In this document: positions 36,553-47,170 of the stretch, in pieces
Numbering within the stretch: position 1 is the first letter of the stretch
How the letters are laid out: each line of letters begins with the position of its first letter
From: Felis catus
Lineage: Eukaryota
Direction of reading: 5' to 3'
Length of the DNA: 64,000 bases
NCBI RefSeq assembly: GCF_018350175.1
Contig: NC_058369.1
Location: 11,100,001 to 11,164,000, forward strand
Made by a program: the position numbers and the translations under genes
Notes under the pieces: model-generated
What the model saw: the letters and a program-made list of their open reading frames with translations, nothing else
What the model was told of the DNA's origin: nothing
Database searches by the model: none

Positions 36553-38880
36553 AATAAATAAAAACAGGGGCGCCTGGGTGGCACAGTCGGTTAAGCGTCC
36601 GACTTCAGCCAGGTCACGATCTCGCGGTCCATGAGTTCGAGCCCCGCGTCGGGCTCTGTGCTGACAAATCAGAGCCTGGAGCCTACTTCAGATTCTGTGT
36701 CTCCCTCTCTCTTTGCCCCTTCCCTGCTCATTCTCTCTGTCTCTCTCTGTCTCTGTCTCTCTCTGTCTCTGTCTCTCTCTCTCTCTCTTTCTCTGTCTCC
36801 CTCAAAACTAAATAAAACATTTAAAAAAAAGTCAGATCCTCAACCAACTAAGCCACCCAGGCACCCCTTATTATGGACTTCTTATGAAAACTTAAAATAA
36901 TGTTTTAAAGGAGAAGAATAGGTCAAACACAGAGCCCTTTACATGGGCAAAATATACATCTATAAATCTGGAAGAATATACAGAGAATTTTGATTGTTAT
37001 AACATAGAAATCTAGAGCATTTTTTAAGTCTGTATCTCCAGATAACTTGTATATGGAATTTTAAAATTCACAAATAAAATTAGAAACTGGAGGCACTGGA
37101 AATGCAGTAAAACTTTGGATTGTGAGTAACTCATTCTGTGAGTGTTCCGCAAGACAAGCAAACACTTTTAAAAATTTTTAACTTGAGGGGCGCCTGGGTG
37201 GCTCAGTCGGTTAAGCGGCCGACTTCAGCTCAGGTCACGATCTCACGGTCGGTGAGTTTGAGCCCCGCGTCGGGCTCTGCGCTGACAGCTCAGAGCCTGG
37301 AGCCCGTTTCAGATTCTGTGTCTCCCTCTCTCTCTGACCCTCCCCTGCTCATGCTCTGTCTCTCTCTGTCTCAAAAATAAACGTTAAAAAAAAAAATTTT
37401 TAACTTGAGGGGCGCCTGGGTGGCTCAGTCGGTTAAGCGGCCGACTTCAGCCAGGTCACGATCTCGCGGTCCGTGAGTTCGAGCCCCGCGTCAGGCTCTG
37501 GGCTGACGGCTCGGAGCCTGGAGCCTGTTTCCGATTCTGTGTCTCCCTCTCTCTCTGCCCCTCCCCCGTTCATGCTCTGTCTCTCTCTGTCCCAAAAATA
37601 AAAAATTAAAAAAAGTTGAAAAAAAATTAAAAAAAAAATTTTTTTAACTTGATAAACAAGCGATGTCTTGCAATATGAGTAGTAGTACATGATGCTGAAT
37701 GTCACATGATCACAACTGAGCCAATGGTTCTTGAAATTCACTTTGAAATACAAGTGCTTTGGATTACAAGCATGGTTCCAGAACCAATTAGGCTCGCAAA
37801 CCAAGGTTTTACTGTATGCTTTTTAAAAATATATTTAAAGAGTATATTGTTAAATTTTTATTTAAATCCCAATTGGCCTAGCGGCGCCTGGGTGGCCCAG
37901 TCAGTTGAGCACCCAACTTCGGCTCAGGTCACGATCTCAGGGTCCATGAGTTCGAGCCCCACGTCAGGCTCTGTACTGACAGCTCGGAGCCTGGGGCCTG
38001 TTTCAGATTCTGTGTCTCCCTCTCGCTCTGGCCCTCCCCCATTCATGCTCTGTCTCTCTCTGTCTCAAAAAAAATAAATAAACGTAAAAAAAAAGTTTTA
38101 AAGTAAAAAATTCCAATTGGTCTTAAATGTAACTGTATTTCTTCTATTCTAGTCTCCACACATTTTTTTATTACAACTGAATAAGAATGATGATCAGAAT
38201 AACAATCAAAATAACTACATGGACACCTTGGTACCTGAAATCCAATTGTTCCTGCCATTGAAAATTCAAGAACTAGGGGCGCCTGGGTGGCGCAGTCGGT
38301 TAAGCGTCCGACTTCAGCCAGGTCACGATCTCGCGGTCCGTGAGTTCGAGCCCCGCGTCGGGCTCTGGGCTGATGGCTCAGAGCCTGGAGCCTGTTTCCG
38401 ATTCTGTGTCTCCCTCTCTCTCTGCCCCTCCCCCGTTCATGCTCTGTCTCTCTCTGTCCCAAAAAATAAATAAATGTTGAAAATTCAAGAACTAAGTAGG
38501 TCTGGATAGTGAAGGGTTATTTGATTTTTGTTTGCCTTTAAGATTTTATTTTTAAGGGGCGCCTGGGTGGCTCAGTCGGTTGAGCGTCCGACTTCAGCTC
38601 AGGTCACGATCTCGCGGTCCATGAGTTCGAGCCCCGCGTCGGGCTCTGGGCTGATGGCTCAGAGCCTGGAGCCTGCTTCCGATTTTGTGTCTCCCTCTCT
38701 CTGCCCCTCCCCCGTTCATGCTCTGTCTCTCTCTGTCTCAAAAATAAATAAAACGTTAAAAAAATTTTTAAAAAAGATTTTATTTTTAAGTAATCTCTAA
38801 ACCCAATATGGGGCTCGAACTTACAACCCCGAGATCAAGAATCACAGTGCCTGCCGACTAAGCCAGCCAGAAACCCCTAT
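35767..38880. mobile_element. Very dense nested CanSINE field (about ten copies)
   Basis: Repeated ggggcgcctgggtggc heads at about 35767, 36005, 36338, 36567, 37187, 37409, 37882, 38276 and 38556; target aaaatggatgaga seen three times; TSD ttgaaaattcaagaacta around the 38276 copy. Confidence 0.9.
37105..37814. mobile_element. Tigger/TcMar-type non-autonomous DNA transposon (MITE) carrying two SINE insertions
   Basis: 22-bp imperfect TIRs CAGTAAAACTTTGGATTGTGAG and, as reverse complement, CAGTAAAACCTTGGTTTGCGAG; flanks tg and ta. Confidence 0.75.
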
Positions 38881-39133
38881 TTGTTTGTTCTTTTTAATCT
38901 CTTCTTTAAGAGATACATGCTGAAGTGGCTTGAATATTTATGAGCAAAGTTATATTTTATCTGGGAATTGCTTGAAAATAATCCTCTCATGGTAAATAGA
39001 GTGGCCTGGTTCCTGATGAAATAAGGCCACAGGCTAACAATTGTTGGAACTCAGTGAGCACATGAGCACGTGGAAGGGAGTTCATTAGACTCTTCTTTCT
39101 ACCTCTGTGTGTTTGGATTTTCCATAATAAAAA

Positions 39134-39589
39134 AGGTTTTTAATGATCCCGATGGGAGGGGACACATTCTTCTGACATCAGAGATACCCCCAAGAGGACA
39201 CAACTGACTGAAAATTTTCCCTTTTGATTCCAGTCCCCAGATTCCTAGCAATTATACTGCCCTAAGATTACAATGGAAAACGTTACTTAAGGGGAAACTA
39301 CGAGAATTCAGCATCGAGTTCAATAAACTTTGCCCCTCACCTTCAGCCCACAAATCTGAGGAAAGAAAGAAACCTCCTCACGCCTCCTAGAAACATCTCC
39401 CTGGTCCAGGGATCCATGCCTAGTGCCATTTCCCTGCCACCTCCACCCTTCACCTGCCTGGGAAGACGAGATTCACAAAACAGGTCCTGTAGGTGACCCC
39501 GTCTGAGTGAGAAGAACAGCATAGCACATTCTTGGGAAATGAAGTAAGAGGAAGGAGCAGTTTCCCCAGCTGCACAGCCAGGGGTAAGG
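39134..39589 (+). promoter_or_regulatory. Putative promoter and first exon of the OR at 42462
   Basis: TTTTTAATGA, CCCCAAGAG, CAATTA; donor ggg|GTAAGG at 39584; colinear with 51642-52078. Confidence 0.5.
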
Positions 39590-41026
39590 AAACTGGGAAA
39601 GTCTAGACATTCAAAACGATTCAATACAGTTGAAGTGTCTAACTGGCTAACCAAGAAGGAAGCTTCGGGCATAGCGGTTGCCTCTCTATTAGCATGTTCT
39701 TCATCCCGGGCTTGGTCCAGCATTTCCACGGCCCTCTCCCACCTCACTGGGAACTGTCTTCCTCCTAGTTCTCTCTCTGAGGGCGGTGGGGGAGGGTTGG
39801 GCTTCCCGTAACACAGTACACAGTGCCCGGTCTCCCCCTGCTCACCTTACGGGCACTTGCACATCAGAGGGACCACGCTCCTCGCAGACTCATACACCCA
39901 ACAAGCATCCACAGCCACCTTCAGCTGTCTCTGCCAGGTGCATGAACAATGGCAACCTTCTCGCTCTGCCTGTTTCTACAGAGATGAAGCGAGACCATTC
40001 AGAAGAGATTAGCACGGTTCCTGCACCTTGTAAGTGTTAATAAATGTTAGTTACTGTTGTGTTACCGAAAACTCTTCAATGACTTCCATTTGTACTTGAT
40101 ATAAAATATATAATCGCTAATATGTCCTAAAAGTCCCCCCCAAAAAAAATCAGTTACTATTTGTAGCATTTCCCGCCCCCCCCCCATGCCCAGCACCTTC
40201 AATGAGCCAGACCCTGGTTATACAATGTTCAGTAGGATATTTTTCCTCTTATGTATCTACTTATCGCTGGAACTAGAGAAGAAAATGATACATGTTTGTT
40301 TGTTTGTTTGTTAATTTTGTTATGTTTATTCATTATTGAAAGACAAAGCACAAGCAGGGGTGGGCAGAGAGAGAGGGGGACACACAATCCGAAGCAGGCT
40401 CCAGGCTCCGAACTGTCAGCACAGAGCCCAATGTGGGGCTCAAGCTCACAAACCACGAGATCATGACCTGAGTCGAAGTCGGAAGCTTAACCGACTGAGC
40501 CACCCAGGGGCCCCTTACATGTTTGTTTTTAAATCCAGCCTTATCAGAATGACTTCTTAGCTGTCACAGTTTTCCAACTGATTTCGTGTAAACCAATTCT
40601 ATCCTCTGAAAAGTGTGATCGATTTACTTTTCCCCAAGACATGAACCTGTCTTTGCTTTTTCTTCTTTGGTTATTTGGTTTGAAACTTCAGAGCAGTGCT
40701 GCATACTGGCAGTGACAGGCACACTTGTCTTCTGTATGATCTTCATGGGGATTCCTCAAATACTTTCCAGTCAGGGTTGATATTAGCTGATGGTCAAGGA
40801 AACCATTTTACCACAGTTCAGAATATTCTATTTACAGTTTCCTCAGAACTGTTTTCAAGCAGTATCTCTAGCATTTAAAAAGATGATCCTGGGCCACTTG
40901 GGTGGCTCAGTCGTTTGAGTGTCTGACTCTTGATTTTGGCTGAGGTCATGATGTCATGGTTTTTGAGTTCCAGCCCCACCCCCGCATCAGGATCTGCACT
41001 GACAGTGTGGAACCTGCTTGGGATTC

Positions 41027-41059
<33 letters not shown>

Positions 41060-42461
41060 GCCTTTCTCTCTCTCTCAAAATAAGTACAAAAAAATATTTT
41101 TTAAAAGATAATCTTAAAATAATTTTTAAAATATGATACTACTAGGGGCACTTGTGGCTCAGTCGGTTGAGTGTCTGACTTCAGTTCATGTCATGATCTC
41201 ATGGTTCATTGGTTTGAGCCCCGCATCGGGCTCTGTGCTGACAGCTTGGAACCCAGAGCCTGCTTCAGATTCTGTGTCTCCCTCTCTCTCTGTCCCTCCC
41301 ACACTTGTGCTTGGTGTCTCTCTCTCTCAGAAATAACTAAACATTTAAAAAAAAAAGGATGATTATATTTGGATGATTTTTTCCTACTCATTTGCTCTAT
41401 GACAATCAATAAATCACCAGTATGAAATGCTGACTGCGTTCCAAGGTTGAATGCTATCTGGTCATGGCATTTGGTTTGCTTGATAAATTGCTGAATATAT
41501 TTTATTGCTATTGTCTTTGAGAGTTTTCCTAATATACTAATTGAAGAGATTAATCTGTGCTTTTTGTTGTCTTACTGCTATTGTAGAGGGCTGTTGGTTT
41601 TTGTATCATGATTAAAATAGTCTCAGAAGACTCACTGGGATGTTTATTTTCACATGCTTCCAAATAATTTTTATTTATGGCAAGTAGGTCTTGTGAGATT
41701 TCAAAATTAGTAATTTGGCATCCTTTCTGGGAGGTGAAGTTGGCTGATGACTCAGTTTCTTCTTTGACGATTGGCCCGTCATACATTTTAAATGGTCAAG
41801 TGGAAAAATATCAGGACATTACCATAGCTTATGTAAATTACGCAAACAGATCCTAGCCTCTTTTTTTTTAATGTTTATTTATTTTTGAGAGAGAGAAAGC
41901 ACACCTGAGTGAGCAGGGGAAGGACAGATGGGGAGAGAGAATCCCAAGCAGGCTCTGTGCCACCAGCACAGAGCCCAACTAGGGGCTTGAACTCACGAAC
42001 CACGAGATCATGACCTGAGCCGAAATCGAGAGTTGAACACTTAACCGACTGAGCCACTCAGGCACGCCTGGACCGTAGCCTTTTCAATCTGTATTAGAAT
42101 AATAATAACAATTATGCTTTTATTCTAAAGACATTTGAAAGTAAAGTATGAATTAATGCAAAGAAATCTGAGAGGGCTAAGGCAGGGTAACCAGGTGTCA
42201 GTACAGCTGAACAACTTGAGGTCAGCTTTGAGTGCAAAGTTAGTTTTCGCGGGTAGGTTACCCAGCTGGTGGTGGCAATGCAGGGGAATTTGGCGGCCTT
42301 TGGAAGGCCCAAACTGACAAGCAAAAAAGAAGAGACCCCTGAGTAAATAATTCTGTCCTCAATATCGGATTCAAGGTAAAGGTGTTTACGTTTCTGAGAT
42401 GCCTGTTGGTTACCGACTTAGTCTTGAAGGCTTCTTGTGTTCTTAGCAGACACTCCTTTAG

Positions 42462-43412
42462 ATGGAGCCAAGAAACCACTCAAGGCTTCCAGTGTTTCTC
42501 CTCTTGGGACTTTCTGAGAAGCCAGAGATTCAGTCTGTTCTCTTTGGGCTGTTCCTGTCTTTGTACCTGGTCACTGTCTTTGGCAACCTGCTCATCATCC
42601 TGGCCATCATCTCACACTCCCACCTCCACACGCCCATGTACTTCTTCCTGGCCAACCTGTCCTTCTCGGACATCTGCTTCACCTCCACCACCGTCCCGAA
42701 GATGCTGCTGAACATCCAGACGCAGAGCAAAGTGATTACCTACGCAGGCTGCATCACGCAGATGTATTTCTTCACGGTTTTTGGACTTTTGGACAATTTA
42801 CTCCTGACTGCAATGGCCTATGACCGCTTTGTGGCCGTCTGTCACCCCCTGCACTACACGGTCATCATGAACCCTCGGCTTTGTGCCCAGTTACTCGCCC
42901 TGACCTGGCTCATCAGCACTTTGGGGGCCCTTCCTGAGAGTTTAACCACGCTGCGGCTCTCTTTCTGCGCAGTAATTGAAATCCCGCACTATTTCTGTGA
43001 ACTCCCTGAGGTCCTACAGCTCGCCTGCTCTGACACCTTCATCAATAATGTTGTATTATATATTGTGACAGGCATGATGGGCTTTGTTCCTCTCACTGGG
43101 ATCCTTTTCTCTTATTCCCGAATTGTCTCTTCTGTGCTGAGGATCTCAACAGCGGGGGGAAAGTATAAAGCTTTCTCCACCTGCGGGTCTCACCTCTCAG
43201 TGGTGTCCTTGTTCTATGGCACATGCCTGGGGGTCTACCTCAGTTCCACCTGGACACGTGCCTCCCAGACAGGGGCGTTCGCCTCAGTCCTGTACACCGT
43301 GGTCACTCCCATGATGAACCCCTTCATCTACAGCCTGAGGAACAGGGACATGAAGAGGGCCCTGAGAAAGCTTCTCTGTAGCATGTCGTCCCCCCAGGGG
43401 CAACAACAATGA
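42462..43412 (+). CDS. Olfactory receptor family 7, OR7C-like, 316 aa
   Basis: Intact OR motifs and NHS sequon; [24 protein letters not shown] and CGSHLSVV shared with OR7C; acceptor tcttAGcAG at 42445-42449. Confidence 0.92.
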   Translation: MEPRNHSRLPVFLLLGLSEKPEIQSVLFGLFLSLYLVTVFGNLLIILAIISHSHLHTPMYFFLANLSFSDICFTSTTVPKMLLNIQTQSKVITYAGCITQMYFFTVFGLLDNLLLTAMAYDRFVAVCHPLHYTVIMNPRLCAQLLALTWLISTLGALPESLTTLRLSFCAVIEIPHYFCELPEVLQLACSDTFINNVVLYIVTGMMGFVPLTGILFSYSRIVSSVLRISTAGGKYKAFSTCGSHLSVVSLFYGTCLGVYLSSTWTRASQTGAFASVLYTVVTPMMNPFIYSLRNRDMKRALRKLLCSMSSPQGQQQ

Positions 43413-43807
43413 CCCTGTGCCGGGACAAGTGTGATCAAGGGCAATGGAACAGAGCGCTTAATAGTGAGGACTCTAGAATTTCCCTGACTGGGTTTAAAGG
43501 CTGGTACCACCCTTCAACAGATGGTGAGCTCGAGAAAAATGCTCAAGCTCCCTGTGCCTCAATTTCTCCACGGACCTATAACAGTGCATGCCTCATAAGG
43601 GTGACAGAAGGGTTAAATAGAATAATTTCTATTATTCAGCACAGGGAATGCTAGAGGCAAGTCCTAAGCAAACGTCAGCTCATTTTTTTATGATGCTTCC
43701 GCTTTCTGTTCCCGTACCATTAAGCTGGTTTCTCTTCCTGTGCACTGTCCTCCATTATGGCTAAGTCATAAATCTCAGCGTCCCCAGGAAGAAAGAGACT
43801 TTGATGT

Positions 43808-44015
43808 AGGGCAGAATTTCTCAACTGTGGCATTATTGATATTTGGGGCTGGATCATTCCTTGCTGTGGGACTGTCCCGTGTATTGTAAGATGTTTAGCG
43901 GTATCTCAGGCCTCTAAACACTAGGTGCCAGGAACATTGCCAGCCAAGTTGCAACAACTAAAAACGTCTCCAAATGCCCCACAGACGCCAAATCACCCCC
44001 ACTTGAGAACCACAG
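43808..44015. mobile_element. MER20-like DNA transposon relic
   Basis: tttctcaac...ttggggctggatcattc...aaatcacccccacttgagaaccac. Confidence 0.65.
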
Positions 44016-44689
44016 GGGAGTGTCTTGCAAAGAGGAAGAGAACCTACGAAAAATCCCAAGGGCGTGTGCTGAAGGATGAAAAGGAATAAATGGGGGATTA
44101 TATCTCTCACCTCTTGTTTGGGAATCTTGGGAATTAAGGTCACATTGTTTGGTCCTGAATAAACTGGGATGGCTCTAGCAGAGGTGGAAGGTCTATGCAG
44201 TGTGATCAACCTAAGAGGGACACCGGGTTTCAATCGCAGCTTCCTTGGCTCCTATGGGACTCCATGGGTCCCACAGAAGGGTCACGAGGTTCTCAAGGGC
44301 CCAAAGAGAAACAAAGAAGACTGAGCTCAACATCTTCAGGTTGGAAGCTAGCCCCTGGGATGAGAGATCAGATAATTCCACCCAGTGTCTGCTGTGGACA
44401 GCCATGGGATAGATGGACGACTCATGATGATTAAAGTTCAGCAGGACTGAAAGCGGCTAAGTAAGTTGGGGCTGGGTCAGCAGGAGAGGACCACAGAGGT
44501 GGTCCACACGAAGAGAGCAAAGCAAAGGTTTATTCACCCTGACGCGGGCAGAGGCTACCACGAGATGCCCCGTGAAGGCTGCCATGGCCAACGGTAGTCA
44601 ACTCAGGTGGCAGGTTCAGTGACTTTCATTTTGTTACTATCATTATAATTATTGTGTGGCAGTGAACTGACATCCGGAGGGATCATACA

Positions 44690-45055
44690 TTTTTTTACTG
44701 TGGTCAAATAAACACAGTATAAAATTTATTATTTTGACTCATTTAAAGTGTATAATCAAGGGCATTAAATACACTTACGGTATTGTGCTACCATCGCCCA
44801 CTGTGTAGTTTCAGGACACTTTCATCACCCCAAGGGAGACCCTTCAGCAGCCACTCCCCATTTCCTTCCCCCTCCAGTCCTCGGAAACCACCAATCTGCT
44901 TTCTGTCTCTATGATTTGCCTGTTCTGGATATTTTATGTAAGTGGAATCATCCAGTATATGACTTTTGTGTCTGGATTCTTTCACTCAGCATAATGTTGT
45001 CAGGTTCATCCACGTTGTAGTGTGAGTCAGTGCTTTGTCTTCTTCATGGCTGATG
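44690..45055 (-). mobile_element. Old L1M 3' end
   Basis: accaccaatctgctttctgtctctatgatttgcctgttctggatattt phrase. Confidence 0.75.
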
Positions 45056-45347
45056 AACAGGTAAACTAAATGTGCTGTGTTCATACGATGGGACCAGACT
45101 TTCATATACCAGAGAAAACTCTTTTCTATTCCCTCAAAGCAGGGGATGACCTTGACAATGATCTGCTTGTTTTTATTCCCTTTAACCAATCACTCCTCAA
45201 AGACTTTTTTGTGGACTGCCCCCCTGTGGTCCAAGCAGTTCTGATCTCAGTCTCTTTTCCGTTTTGACATCCATCATTCTCATAATTATGTTTGCAGCAA
45301 GAGGCTCATGGGAGCTAACTTCAGGACGGTCTCTAGGGACCCCAGAT

Positions 45348-45383
<36 letters not shown>

Positions 45384-45489
45384 CCCCATGGGCCCTCTTC
45401 CCACACTGACTAGGGCTATGAAACCCATAGGATATGACAGAAATGTAAGCCTTCCAAGGCTTACAAATGACACTGAGGCTTCGCCCTTC

Positions 45490-45810
45490 ACTCTCCCCCT
45501 CATTGCCGTTCTCTGAGGGAAGCTGGTGGCTACGTTGTGAGGACACTCAATCCGCCCATGTGTGGAAAAGCGCACACGGTCAGGGACCGAGGCCTCCTGC
45601 AAACAGCCGGAAGCAAACCCTCCAGCCCACGCCGGGCTTTCTGATGTTGGCACACCAACCAACATTCGAGCCACGAGGCCATGACAGACCTCAGACCAGA
45701 ACTTCAGTGAAACCATTCCCGGCCACCTGACACAAGAACCGATGTTGACCAATGAACATTGATTGGCGTTTTGAGCCCCTTACTTTGGGGGATCGTTCCA
45801 TGCATCAAGA
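45490..45810 (+). mobile_element. MLT1-type MaLR LTR relic
   Basis: gggaagc...gttgtgaggacactcaa...gaggcctcctgc...aacagcc phrases. Confidence 0.55.
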
Positions 45811-47134
45811 GAAAGGGAACCTCCACAATCTCAGATAATCACACGGGATTCTCAAAAACCTTTCTCTCCCTTGATTAACACATCACCTTCTTCCCAATTA
45901 GCTCCAGAACGTGTAGATGTTCGGTACCCAGGATGGAAGTACCACCTGGGGAGTCTGCTCAGATGCTGTGGCTGAGAAGAGGGATGGGGCCAACTCTGTC
46001 GTGTCCGCCCTCACCCCCTCTGGCTCACTCCCTACCCCCCTGTCACGCCTGCAACGGTGCACACCTTCATGTCAGCCAAGTCCTCTTGTGGTGTCTTGTC
46101 CATCAGCAGGCGTAGAGCTGATCCTCCCAAAAATGGAGGACACACCCCAAAATAATTATAAATAAACGCACTGACTTTACGTAGCCCGGATGGAAAGAAC
46201 TTTGCTCTCAAGTGGGAGAACTCCTGCATAATTCCCCCAATATGCAACAGAGCAAAGCAATCCCTGGCTAGAATACTGTCTTCTTCCATAGAGTATTAGA
46301 GAAAGGCCTGGATTGAGTCTCCAAAATGAAAAAGTAAACATCTGTAAATTCATCGCAGGATGTGTTTTGTAACATTGTCGTAAATCGTTCCTCAGATTCT
46401 GACTAAACATTTATCCATAAGGAATAACTTCCCCTTCCCCCTCCAGATGCTCCCCACTCTCCCACTCTATTTCACTAATTGCAGTAGCATCATATTTGTG
46501 CCTCAGTTACCTTGCATCTGCAACGGTTGTTCTTAAATTGCAATACTCAAGACTGAAATCCATATTTCAGACGTGAGACGGTAAGAGTATACTCTAAGTT
46601 GCCCAGGGGGGCTCCTGGCCGGCTCAGTCGGTGGGGCATGCAACTCTTGATCTCGAGGTTGTGAGTTCAAGCCCCACCTTGGGTGAAGAGATTACTTAAA
46701 AATAAAATAGGGGCGCCTGGGTGGCTCAGTCAGTTAAGCGTCCAACCTCGGCTCAGGTCATGATTTCGAAGTTCGTGGGTTTGAGCCCTGCATCAGGTTC
46801 TGTGCTGACAGCTCAGAGCCTGGAGCCTCCTTCCGATTCTGTGTCTCCCTCTCTCTCTGCCCCTCCCCCACTCATGCTCTGTCTCTCTCTGTCTCTCAAA
46901 AATAAATAAATATTTTTAAAAAGATTTAAAAAATAATAAAATATTTAACCCTTCATCTTCCTTGTTCCTTCCTGGAATATGGTTGTGATTGTTGGAGCTC
47001 CAGTCGCCATCTGTGACATGAAGTGACTTTAAGTTTAGGAAGCCCAAGTTTGAACAGCAGGTATGTTCTAGAGCCAAGCACTGGACTTTTGATTCTAAAA
47101 CCTATACTCTTCACCCATTACAATGCTTTCCTCA

Positions 47135-47170
<36 letters not shown>

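Noticed and set aside
35745..38800. Many similar short ORFs (GAWVAQSVKRPT..., MGQRETEHERGRG...) suggesting a peptide family or repeat array
   Set aside because: They are translations of CanSINE copies; no CRISPR-like repeat-spacer structure and no intact tRNA gene
42376..42449. Possible mini-intron of about 75 nt just before the OR at 42462 (aag|GTAAAG)
   Set aside because: Weak donor and no paralogous support; cannot be distinguished from chance without transcripts
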